Translations under genes and position numbers: made by a program
Part shown: positions 18,205-26,780 of the stretch, piece after piece
Layout of the letters: the number at the start of each line of letters is the position of its first letter
Numbering within the stretch: the stretch's first letter is position 1
The notes under the pieces: generated by a model
The model's database searches: none
What the model saw: only the letters and a program-made list of their open reading frames with translations
What the model was told of the DNA's origin: nothing
Assembly: GCA_033764955.1 (NCBI GenBank)
Contig: JANRIL010000009.1
Span: 1 to 26,780 of the forward strand
Reading direction: 5' to 3'
DNA length: 26,780 nt
From: Cyanobacteriota bacterium
GTDB lineage: Bacteria > Cyanobacteriota > Cyanobacteriia > Thermostichales > Thermostichaceae

Positions 18205-19671
18205 TCAACTATCCAAATCTGCGGCCAACACTTGCGTGATCACCTGCTGAGTATCGTGGCGAAAGGCTTCTACATTCACCCGACTCAGCAACAGCACCGC
18301 CACAACCATACCCACCATCTGCAAGCCAAAAACCAGACCAAAGGAGAAAATCGGTTGATCAAACCACTGCCGCCCCACCGATAAAACGGATCCCCCTAAA
18401 ACTGTAGCCAGCGCCCTTGCCCAGGCTTGCGCTAGCCCCCATGCCCCGATAAAGGTTCCAGCGGTCTCAGCGGCAGTCAAGTCTAGCATCAGGCTAATTG
18501 CTCCTGTGGTTGTTACTCCTGAGGCCAATCCAAACAAAAACACAACAAACTTGAGGAGCGTGGGTATAGCTGGGATCCCGGCGAGGATCATCAACCCAAA
18601 ACAGAACGCCACCGCCAGACAACCGCAGCGGGTAGTGCCCTGTTTGCCCAGGCGGGGCACCAATAAAAATCCTGTAGAGGCAATACCGATCAACGTGCCG
18701 GTTCCCCAAGCCGCATTAAGCAGAGTGGTTTCCGAATAGGGCATTCCAAACACAATGTCCCCGTAGGGTTCTAAAACCGCATCCTGCATGAACAGGCTGA
18801 TGGTCATCATCAACAAAAAAGTGAAAAATACCCCCGTTTGAGGACTAGCCGTTAGCACCCGCAGAGCGCGCCCCAAGGTAATCTGATCCTCCCGATTGAC
18901 CAACTGGGAACGGGATCCGTAGCGAGAATAGTGCTTCTCGATCCCCACCATACTGATCAGTCCCAAGCCAAACACCACCAGCGGCACTACCAGAAAAACA
19001 CGATTGATGGCGGCATGGAAAACATCAGGAGGGGTATCCACCGTCAACTGCTTGAGCAATACACTGATGATGATCGCCCCCACCACAATCCCCACCATCA
19101 GCATCGACCAGATGATCCCCACCAATTTAGGCCGCTCGTCTTCCTCCGAAACATCCACCAAGAGAGCCGCAAAAGGAGTCGAACTAGCACTCAACGCTAT
19201 TCCATAGAGCGCAAACCCCAAGCCAGCCAGGATCACCCAGAGTAGGGCGGCTCCACTCCACACCCATTCCCCGCTAGGGTTGACAAACTGTCCTAACTGC
19301 CACATCAACTGCACCGCCAAAAAAGCCGATAATCCAAAGGCCAGGGATCCCAGCCAGACATAACCCGTGCGATGGGATCCGGCTAGCGGACGAGCATCCG
19401 ACAACTGACCAAACCAAACCCGCGCGGGGGCAACAAATTGATGCATAGCAATCACAACCGCTGCCATCACCGCCGGGATCCCCAAATTGCTGATCATGGC
19501 TCGGTTCAATACCCCCAAAAATAAAACCGACATCATCCCCAGCCCCAACTGAAATAACCCCAGGCGAAAAACCGCCAGTAACGGGATTCGAGGTTTACTC
19601 CCTGAGGACGGTGCTGAGGAGTGCATCGAGTCGGGAGCAATGTTCTCAGTTGTTATTGGCTCGTTATCCAT
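18205..19671 (-). CDS. BCD family MFS transporter (PucC-like)
   Basis: RLGLFQLGLGMMSVL..GVLNR, APARVWFGQLSD, STPFAALLVD, QDAVLEPYG, LMLDLTAAETAGTFIGAWGLAQ. Confidence 0.92.
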   Translation of the reverse strand: MDNEPITTENIAPDSMHSSAPSSGSKPRIPLLAVFRLGLFQLGLGMMSVLFLGVLNRAMISNLGIPAVMAAVVIAMHQFVAPARVWFGQLSDARPLAGSHRTGYVWLGSLAFGLSAFLAVQLMWQLGQFVNPSGEWVWSGAALLWVILAGLGFALYGIALSASSTPFAALLVDVSEEDERPKLVGIIWSMLMVGIVVGAIIISVLLKQLTVDTPPDVFHAAINRVFLVVPLVVFGLGLISMVGIEKHYSRYGSRSQLVNREDQITLGRALRVLTASPQTGVFFTFLLMMTISLFMQDAVLEPYGDIVFGMPYSETTLLNAAWGTGTLIGIASTGFLLVPRLGKQGTTRCGCLAVAFCFGLMILAGIPAIPTLLKFVVFLFGLASGVTTTGAISLMLDLTAAETAGTFIGAWGLAQAWARALATVLGGSVLSVGRQWFDQPIFSFGLVFGLQMVGMVVAVLLLSRVNVEAFRHDTQQVITQVLAADLDS

Positions 19672-19875
19672 ACCTGATTTCCCTCCTGAATGCCCAGTGG
19701 AGACACCTATTCAGCTTTTTTATCCTCAGCCAGAAATTCCCATCTCGCAAGAGATCCCTGGGCAGGTTCGCCAAGGGGTCACCGGATCTCAGGTAAAGTT
19801 AAGAAACAATCCCGATCTTCTCGCCAAGATCCACCTGCTCATCCCTGCTGTTTTTGGATCCCGCCTGTTGAGCCT

Positions 19876-20979
19876 ATGATCACCTTGTCCCGAATGCGTA
19901 GCGAAGCCTCCCCTTGGCGGGGCTTAATTCATCACTACCGTGATCTCCTGCCGGTGAGTGAGCAAACCCCGATTGTGACCCTCTGTGAAGGCAATACACC
20001 CCTCATTCCCGCCCCCAGTCTGGCCGAAATCATTGGTAAATCCTGTCAGGTCTTTCTCAAATTTGATGGACTCAATCCGACGGGGAGCTTTAAGGATCGG
20101 GGCATGACCATGGCGGTTTCAAAAGCTAAAGAAGCTGGAGCCGAAGCTGTGATCTGTGCCAGCACCGGCAACACCTCCGCCGCCGCCGCCGCCTACGCTG
20201 CCCAAGGGAAACTACGTGCCTACGTGGTCATTCCCGATGGCTATGTAGCCAAAGGCAAGCTGGCACAAACCTTAATGTATGGAGCCGAAATTCTGGCCAT
20301 CAAGGGCAACTTTGACCACGCCCTCAGCATGGTACGGCAGATTGCCGAGCGCTATCCGGTGGCTCTGGTCAACTCCGTCAACCGCTTTCGTCTAGAGGGA
20401 CAAAAGACGGCTGCTTTTGAAATTGTTGATGCGTTGGGAGATGCCCCTGACTGGTTGTGCATTCCGGTGGGCAATGCCGGCAACATCACCGCCTATTGGA
20501 TGGGATTTTCCCAGTATCACCAACACCGAAAAACCACACACCGCCCCCAACTCTATGGGTTTGAAGCAGCGGGATCGGCTCCCATCGTAGAAAATCGTGT
20601 GATCGAACACCCCGAAACCATCGCCACCGCCATTCGGATCGGCAACCCCGCCAGTTGGCGCAAAGCCACGGCAGCCTGTGCCGTCAGCCAGGGATCCATT
20701 GATAGCGTCACGGATGCGGAGATTCTCGCCGCCTATCGCCTGCTGGCTCGCCAGGAGGGCATCTTCTGCGAACCCGCCAGTGCTGCCTCCGTGGCAGGCT
20801 TGTTGAAATATCGTCAGCAGGTACCCCCCCACGCCAGGATTGTCTGTGTGTTAACGGGTAACGGTCTCAAAGATCCAGAGACGGCTATTGATCACTGCCA
20901 AGCTCAAATGCACCTAGGGTTGGAGGCTGACTTGTCCGTGCTTGCTAAAACCATGGGATTTACAGCGGGTGTCGCCTAA
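19876..20979 (+). CDS. thrC: Threonine synthase
   Basis: [16 protein letters not shown] (PLP lysine), [43 protein letters not shown]. Confidence 0.96.
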   Translation: MITLSRMRSEASPWRGLIHHYRDLLPVSEQTPIVTLCEGNTPLIPAPSLAEIIGKSCQVFLKFDGLNPTGSFKDRGMTMAVSKAKEAGAEAVICASTGNTSAAAAAYAAQGKLRAYVVIPDGYVAKGKLAQTLMYGAEILAIKGNFDHALSMVRQIAERYPVALVNSVNRFRLEGQKTAAFEIVDALGDAPDWLCIPVGNAGNITAYWMGFSQYHQHRKTTHRPQLYGFEAAGSAPIVENRVIEHPETIATAIRIGNPASWRKATAACAVSQGSIDSVTDAEILAAYRLLARQEGIFCEPASAASVAGLLKYRQQVPPHARIVCVLTGNGLKDPETAIDHCQAQMHLGLEADLSVLAKTMGFTAGVA

Positions 20980-20986
20980 AGCGTTG

Positions 20987-21015
20987 CTGAGATCGAGTTA
21001 CTGAGATCGAGTTAC
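20987..21015. repeat. 14-bp tandem duplication (CTGAGATCGAGTTA x2)
   Basis: Exact copies at 20987-21000 and 21001-21014, just after the thrC stop. Confidence 0.85.
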
Positions 21016-21553
21016 CGATGATCGCAAATTTATCATTCGTTCAAAACAAAATGGTAATTTTGATACCCATTAACTGAGCTTGAGCAGTCAGGATAGCAAC
21101 GGGCTATTTCAACATTCCTCTGTATATTCACTTGAATGCCCTGCCATTTCACTAAATGTATGGCTCCCTAAGTGTATAAACTTTTCTCTCTTCCCGTGAG
21201 AACCCAAGTCAGCCACAGCTTGATCATTCTGTGATCTTGATCAGGATCATCTCCGGCCATAAACCCTAGTATGAACCCTGAGGAATTTTGTCCAAACCAC
21301 CCCAAGTCAGCCAGCTAAACTGACCAAAACAAAAGAGTCATGCAGATTCATGATCAACAAACCAATCCACATCTAAAATATGGAGGGCTAATCACAAAAG
21401 TTTTCCAGGTTGTGCCCGTTGATACTGTGATATAACTCCCCTGATTTCCTTGCCCCTTGGCAGGTTTAAGGTGTTGTTATCCAGTCATATCTTCCCTCAC
21501 CCATTTGCCTGAGTTGAGTATCCCCCAAGTCCATTTCCTCTGGGACTTTTGCT

Positions 21554-24500
21554 ATGAATTCATCTCATTTGCGTCGGCTCATTGCCGTTCCTCTCCCTTG
21601 CCCTGCTGCATCGGCTGGTCAACCCTCACCAGAGACAACAGTGGGTCAACATCTGCTGATAGTGGATGATGGATCGGCGTTGGTAGTGCCTCTGAGCAGG
21701 CAACTGCGGGCTAGCGGATGGCAGGTGTTGCTGTTGTCTCGCTCTGGTCAACGGGTGCCAGCAGGCAGACCTGCCCCCGTTATTGAGGTGGGATCCCAGC
21801 CGACGGAACTCGAAGCAATGGTGCAACGGCTCAGGCAGGTATCCGGTGGACTGGCCGGGATCCTCAGTTTGCACACCCAACCCCATGCTTGGGATGATCA
21901 CTGGCTGGAAAAGGCTCTGGGGGATCTGCGCTTAGCAATCGGGCTAGCTCGTGCCATCAGTTTACAGACGGATCCCTTATCCTTTCTCTATTTCGTCACG
22001 GCTCAGGGAGGCCATTTTGGTCTGGGGGGCAACCCGCCCATCGACGCTCTGGCTACAGGGCTGGAGGGACTACCTCATCCGCTCCGTATGGAAATGCCCA
22101 AAACCTCCTTCCGCTCCATTGATCTGGATCCGGCGACGCCCCTAGAAGCCCAAGCCGAAGAGATCCTGACGGAGATCCGCCAACCGGATCAACCCTATCG
22201 CACCGCTTATGGCTGGCGACAGGGGCAACGCTCTGTTTTGAGTGTGCGGCAGATTCCGGCCAATTTAGAACCTCCCCCCTTGTCCCAAAACTCAGTCGTA
22301 GTGTTTGCTGGGGGAGCGCGAGGAATTGGAGCCGTCTGTGCCCAATCCTTGGCCGAACGGATCCCTTGCACCCTGATTTTTTTGGGGCGCACCGAGTTGA
22401 CCCCTGAAATCGAGGAATTGAGCCGTCTCTCCCCACCTGAACGACTCCAGCGCTCCGAAGCCTTTGGGCGAGACTATAAAGCGGCTCATCCCGGTTGCCT
22501 ACCCCGAATTCCCCGTGAACTATGGCGAAAAAAGATGCAGGCGGTAGAGGCGGTAGAAACCCTCCGGTCGTTGGAAACGTTGGGATCCCAAGTGGCTTAT
22601 TACGCAACCGATGTACGGGATCCCCTCAAGCTGCAACAGGTGTTTCAGACTATTCAGCAACGCTATGGGCGACCGGATATGGTTGTGCATGTGGCTGGGC
22701 TGGGAGGAGTGGAAACGGATCGACTGTTGATGCGCAAGGAATGGTCAGTCATCGATCAAGTGATCGAAACCAAGGTGACCGGAGCCATCCATCTTCTTAA
22801 GGCGGCAGAAGCCCAGCAAGTTCCCCTTTTTATTGGGTTTGGCTCGATTGCCAGTCGCTTTGGCAATAGTGGGCAGGTGGATTATGCCAGTGCTAACGCC
22901 CTCCTACACGGCATCGTGCGCGCCCACAATGCCCGCGGGGTTCTACCTGTCGCTAAAGTGCTGGCTTGGGGAGCCTGGGATGAGGTGGGAATCGCCGTCA
23001 GTGGCCCCACCAAACAAATGCTGATCAACTACGGTGTGCAGTTTATCGCCCCTAAGGATGGGGGATCCAGCTTTGTCCAGGAGCTATCTCACCCCCTCAG
23101 CCCATCATCCCCTGCCGAAGTCTATCTCAGCCCCAGTTGGGCTGGACTGGATCAATTGCTGCAAGAAAACGAGGCCATGTTGACGACAGCGGATCCCCCA
23201 CGACTCTTGGGATCCATCCTCCATTACGAGGCGGGTCAGTCGCTTAAGGCTGAGCATGTTTTAGAGGCGAAAGGGATCCCGTTTCTGGATCATCACCGCT
23301 ATGACGGGACGGCCTGGGTGCCAGCGGTGATGGGGATGGAGGTAGCGGTAGAAGCAGCGGCTTCCCTCTTCCCTGACCTCCAGCCCTTTGCCCTGCGTCA
23401 GGTCGCCCTCAAAAAAGCCGTGCGGTTGGTGCGGGATGAGTCAGTCACTTTGATCACCGAGGCTCATCGGCAACCCCCATCCCCCCTAGAGGCTCAGGAA
23501 ACGATCGTGCAAGTCACCGTTTCGGCTCGTTATAAAGACCGCACCTGGGTGTTTGCCGAGATGCAGGTGGTCTTATCCGCCGCTAGGGATCCCATTGAAG
23601 CCGGATTGCAGGATGGACACCTCTATCACGGTGGGTTGCCGATTGAACAGGAACCGGGAGAAGTGATCCAGCAATCCCACGCCGATCTCTATCCCTCCCC
23701 GTGGTTGCGCTTTCAAACCTATGGCTCCACCTTTCAGGTGATTCAGTCGATGGCGATGAATCTGGCGGCGGGACGCACCCAAGGGCAGATGGTCACTGAT
23801 GCCGATCTGAAGGGCTGTTGTACCCCCTTGACCCTGATCGATGGGGTGTTTCAGGCCTACGGGGTGTTGATCAGCACCATGCAGGGATCCTGGTGTGGGC
23901 CACCCTTGGGAATTGGCGAAATTCGCTGGTTACCGGGTACAGCCCAAACCCGCCAGGTCAGCTTTCAAATTCGCGTCAACTTGGCAGACAAAGATAATTT
24001 TCCCATCTTGCATATGCAAGACGAACAGGGCAGATGCATTCTGCGGATGCAGGGGGCAGAACAGGGGGGAACCAGTGTGAAAGCCCTCACCGAACAGGTG
24101 AAAAAATCTGCCGCTCCCCCTGTCACCCCCTACCTGGGATCCATCCTGGAAGAACAGCCCGGTCAACGATTGCGTGCCCAACAGATTTTGGATCCCTTGC
24201 AGGAAAAGCTCTTGCAGGATCACAAATTTAGCGGGTTTGTCTTGGTGCCAGCCGTTTATTTTATGGAGGTGGCGGTGGAAGCAGCCGCTCGCCTCCAGCC
24301 GGATCCCCCCCCCACAGGCTTACGCAACTTTCAAATTCACCAAATGTTTCACCTGCTGGCGGGATCCCAATCTTTAATCACAGAGGCTGAGCAGATCAAA
24401 CCTGGGGAAACCTACGTCAAGCTTTTTTCCCAACAAAAGTCTCAGTTGCGCCTCCACGCCGAAGGTCTCGTCACCCACAGCAGTCCCAGGAGCTTGGGAT

Positions 24501-24949
24501 CCCATCCTATCGGGGGGTTGCCGGAGATTCGCACCGAATCGGGGGAATGGCTCTATGCCCACCGCTTCCCCAACGGCCCAATTTTTCAAGTCATCGACAA
24601 AATGATCTTGGCGGAGCACCACCAGTCCTTGGCCTATTTGCGGTTAACCAGCCACCCCCACCCCCAGCGCTGGTTACCGCTCACCCTACTGGATGGAGCC
24701 TTTCAAGTGGACTCCGCCACCCGAAGTGGTTTCGATCACCCCAGTGGCCTGCCCAAAACAGTAGAAAAGATGGACTGGACAACCGCTGCCCCCCTAGCGG
24801 ATCAGGTGATCTGTCTCTCCTCCACCCGTGATGGATCCCCCGCTGCCCCAGGAGCATTGTCTCTGACGGATCGCAACGGCAATATTCTGTTACAAATGAC
24901 AGGGATTTCGTTGACCCCCGTACTGCCCACCCTTGGAGCCAGGAGTTGA
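21554..24949 (+). CDS. Stand-alone PKS/PUFA-synthase-like KR-DH-DH protein (SDR ketoreductase plus two polyketide dehydratase domains)
   Basis: Structural KR subdomain (FRSIDLDP), Rossmann GGARGIG, FGSIASRFGNSGQVDYASAN, WGAWDEVG. DH1: HRYDGTAWVP...YGSTFQ...LIDGVFQ. DH2: HKFSGFVLVP...NGPIFQ...LLDGAFQ. Confidence 0.9.
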   Translation: MNSSHLRRLIAVPLPCPAASAGQPSPETTVGQHLLIVDDGSALVVPLSRQLRASGWQVLLLSRSGQRVPAGRPAPVIEVGSQPTELEAMVQRLRQVSGGLAGILSLHTQPHAWDDHWLEKALGDLRLAIGLARAISLQTDPLSFLYFVTAQGGHFGLGGNPPIDALATGLEGLPHPLRMEMPKTSFRSIDLDPATPLEAQAEEILTEIRQPDQPYRTAYGWRQGQRSVLSVRQIPANLEPPPLSQNSVVVFAGGARGIGAVCAQSLAERIPCTLIFLGRTELTPEIEELSRLSPPERLQRSEAFGRDYKAAHPGCLPRIPRELWRKKMQAVEAVETLRSLETLGSQVAYYATDVRDPLKLQQVFQTIQQRYGRPDMVVHVAGLGGVETDRLLMRKEWSVIDQVIETKVTGAIHLLKAAEAQQVPLFIGFGSIASRFGNSGQVDYASANALLHGIVRAHNARGVLPVAKVLAWGAWDEVGIAVSGPTKQMLINYGVQFIAPKDGGSSFVQELSHPLSPSSPAEVYLSPSWAGLDQLLQENEAMLTTADPPRLLGSILHYEAGQSLKAEHVLEAKGIPFLDHHRYDGTAWVPAVMGMEVAVEAAASLFPDLQPFALRQVALKKAVRLVRDESVTLITEAHRQPPSPLEAQETIVQVTVSARYKDRTWVFAEMQVVLSAARDPIEAGLQDGHLYHGGLPIEQEPGEVIQQSHADLYPSPWLRFQTYGSTFQVIQSMAMNLAAGRTQGQMVTDADLKGCCTPLTLIDGVFQAYGVLISTMQGSWCGPPLGIGEIRWLPGTAQTRQVSFQIRVNLADKDNFPILHMQDEQGRCILRMQGAEQGGTSVKALTEQVKKSAAPPVTPYLGSILEEQPGQRLRAQQILDPLQEKLLQDHKFSGFVLVPAVYFMEVAVEAAARLQPDPPPTGLRNFQIHQMFHLLAGSQSLITEAEQIKPGETYVKLFSQQKSQLRLHAEGLVTHSSPRSLGSHPIGGLPEIRTESGEWLYAHRFPNGPIFQVIDKMILAEHHQSLAYLRLTSHPHPQRWLPLTLLDGAFQVDSATRSGFDHPSGLPKTVEKMDWTTAAPLADQVICLSSTRDGSPAAPGALSLTDRNGNILLQMTGISLTPVLPTLGARS

Positions 24950-24950
24950 T

Positions 24951-26780
24951 ATGGTTGCCAGTCTGCTTGCCCCCCCCACTAATGCTTTTGAGGTTGGTAG
25001 CCGCTCCACTGTTGATGGACTGGCCATTGTCGGCATGAGCTGTCTTTTCCCAGATGCCCTTGACATTCAGGAGTTTTGGCAGCACGTCTTGCAGCGGCAT
25101 TGCTCGATTGGGCGAGTCCCGCTGGATCACGCCCCCAGCCAAGGCGGGGATCCCTCGCCAGACTTTTCCTTAGCCGCCTTGATGCCCGTCATCTCGGTCA
25201 AGCCACAATCCTTTCGCCTGCCTCCCAAATCGACCCAAAACTTTGATCGCCGTATCTTGCCTATGTTGCAGGTGGTGCATGGTCTGTTGAACGGGGATCC
25301 CAAGATTGATCGGGCTTCCACCCTCACCATCATGTGTTCCCAAAAAATGTTTCCCCAAGAAGAAGCTAGCACCTGGATCAGCCGCCGGATACGGATGTTA
25401 GAGCTGTTCGAGCGGGTGGCTGATCGACAAGGGATCCCGACGGATCGGTTGCCTGAGCTAAAGGCAGCCTGGGTCACCGCCTACGATCAAGAATTTCCCA
25501 ATCCTGGTTTTGAGGGCTTTTTGGCGGAATCCTCCAGCTTGATGGCCTCAATGATCAGCAAAACCTTTAATCTGGGTGGCGGTCATATTGCCATGGATGC
25601 CACCTGTGCCAGCACCATCACCGCCATTCAAACCGCTTGGGATGCTCTCAATTCCGGTCATAATGACGCCGCCTTGATCACCGCTCTTTCTCCCGAAGCC
25701 GTCCCCTCTCGCTTTGCCCACTACGCGCAACTGGGTATTTTTACTCGTGATGCCGTCTTGCCTTTTGATTCATCCGCCAGTGGTTCTGCCCTGGGGGAGG
25801 GGATCGGAGCTATTTTGGTCAAGCGACTCCAGGATGCGGAACGGGACGGGGATCCCATCTATGCCGTAATTCGCGGGGTAGGATTCAGCTCGGATGGAGC
25901 AGGGGCAGGATTTGTCTCTCCTCACAAAGAGGGTCAAGTACGCGCCATGCAGGCAGCCTATCGGATGGCGGATACGGATCCCCAGACAGTGCGCTTGATC
26001 GAAGCCCATGCCACCGGAACCCCCAAAGGGGATCTGACGGAGCTGGAATCGATGGGGGAAATTTTTGGATCTCAATTGAGAACGGGATCCCAGCCGATCA
26101 CGATTGGGTCGGTCAAGAGCAACATCGGCCATCTCTTGGCCGCTTCCGGTATGGCAGGGTTATTCAAAGCTTGTTGTGCCCTCTCCCACGGGGTGTTGCC
26201 CCCCACTATTTTTCGGGATCCCCGCCCCGAACTGCGGGATCACTTTACTCAGTTTCAGTTATTGAGCCAACCCCAGCCCTGGCCGGAGGGGGATCGGGAG
26301 CGCTTTGCCGCCGTCAGTTCCTTTGGGTTTGGCGGTGTGAATGCCCATCTTATTTTGCAGGCTCATCCCTCTACCGCCCAGGGCTTGCCAATTCGCTCGC
26401 GTGCCCATTCCCTTACTATGTCGTTACCGATGTCGCCATCTCAGTTGTTAGCGGAGGACTCTATCATGTCTCATTCCACCCTGGTGCCACTTGAACAGCA
26501 ACTAGCATCGGTGCCTGGAGAATCTACGCAATCTCCTATGGCTGGTAGCTCTTCTGACTACATCATGCTGACGGATGAAGAAGTGGCCGCGGAAGTCCTG
26601 TCGATTGTCGCCGCCTGCACCGGATACGAGGTCAGTGAGCTGCAAGCGGATCATGACCTCGATGCCGATTTGGGGATTGATTCTCTGAAAAATATGGAGA
26701 TTTTGCTCAAGGTGGGAGAACGATTCCGTGTACAACCCCAGGAAGGAGACCAAATCACCGACTATCCCACGATCGGCAAG
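24951..26780 (+). CDS. Beta-ketoacyl synthase-ACP protein (PfaA/HglE-like, no AT between KS and ACP); 3' truncated by window end
   Basis: Translated by hand because it is absent from the ORF track. AGGAG RBS at 24941, open for 610 codons. LAIVGMSCLFP, DATCAS (Cys 25605), EAHATGT (His 26007), SVKSNIGH (His 26130), SSFGFGGVNAH, then ACP TGYEVSEL...DLDADLGIDSLKNMEIL (Ser 26682). Confidence 0.92.
   Translation, partial: MVASLLAPPTNAFEVGSRSTVDGLAIVGMSCLFPDALDIQEFWQHVLQRHCSIGRVPLDHAPSQGGDPSPDFSLAALMPVISVKPQSFRLPPKSTQNFDRRILPMLQVVHGLLNGDPKIDRASTLTIMCSQKMFPQEEASTWISRRIRMLELFERVADRQGIPTDRLPELKAAWVTAYDQEFPNPGFEGFLAESSSLMASMISKTFNLGGGHIAMDATCASTITAIQTAWDALNSGHNDAALITALSPEAVPSRFAHYAQLGIFTRDAVLPFDSSASGSALGEGIGAILVKRLQDAERDGDPIYAVIRGVGFSSDGAGAGFVSPHKEGQVRAMQAAYRMADTDPQTVRLIEAHATGTPKGDLTELESMGEIFGSQLRTGSQPITIGSVKSNIGHLLAASGMAGLFKACCALSHGVLPPTIFRDPRPELRDHFTQFQLLSQPQPWPEGDRERFAAVSSFGFGGVNAHLILQAHPSTAQGLPIRSRAHSLTMSLPMSPSQLLAEDSIMSHSTLVPLEQQLASVPGESTQSPMAGSSSDYIMLTDEEVAAEVLSIVAACTGYEVSELQADHDLDADLGIDSLKNMEILLKVGERFRVQPQEGDQITDYPTIGK

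Larger units (their letters stand above)
283..26222. repeat. Dispersed palindromic octamer GGGATCCC (HIP1 variant)
   Basis: More than 30 perfect copies by manual count (e.g. 283, 3961, 13511, 15241, 24361, 25431), plus many 1-mismatch copies. Fewer than one would be expected by chance in 27 kb. Confidence 0.9.

Noticed and set aside
19690..19875. 62-aa N-terminal extension of ThrC
   Set aside because: Non-protein-like sequence in the divergent promoter region; ThrC similarity starts near 19876-19915.
21055..21067. GTA-N7-TAC as an NtcA site for the synthase operon
   Set aside because: Spacer is 7 rather than 8 nt and the site is about 490 bp from the start codon.
20987..21313. CRISPR-like array
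   Set aside because: Repeats are only 13-14 bp with two copies each, without regular spacers or cas genes.
23165..23180. Internal start (GAGG-CC-ATG) before DH1
   Set aside because: SD-to-ATG spacing of 2 nt is too short to support independent initiation.
25127..26753. Several short ORFs listed in the track over the last 1.8 kb
   Set aside because: All overlap the uninterrupted + strand KS-ACP frame starting at 24951, which the track missed because it has no stop in the window.

Overview
Chromosomal window from a cyanobacterium. The abundant GGGATCCC octamer points to the hot-spring Synechococcus/Thermostichus lineage (inference). It starts with the right end of an IS200/IS605 (tnpB-type) element abutting a VOC-family gene, followed by a beta-propeller-like gene and hypotheticals. 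Next come selD, an M23 peptidase, birA, a probably imported DJ-1/PfpI + LysR cassette, rnc and oligoendopeptidase F. A BMP-family nucleoside/purine ABC operon has a canonical NtcA promoter and is followed by an AT-rich SAM methyltransferase, a PucC/BCD MFS transporter and thrC. The last 5.2 kb begin an unusual PfaA/HglE-like lipid/polyketide synthase operon: a stand-alone KR-DH-DH protein (1131 aa), then an AT-less KS-ACP gene (24951 to window end, absent from the ORF track) with a strong internal in-frame ribosome-binding site before its ACP. This cluster is the most notable item. All motif calls and counts were made by eye; no searches were run.
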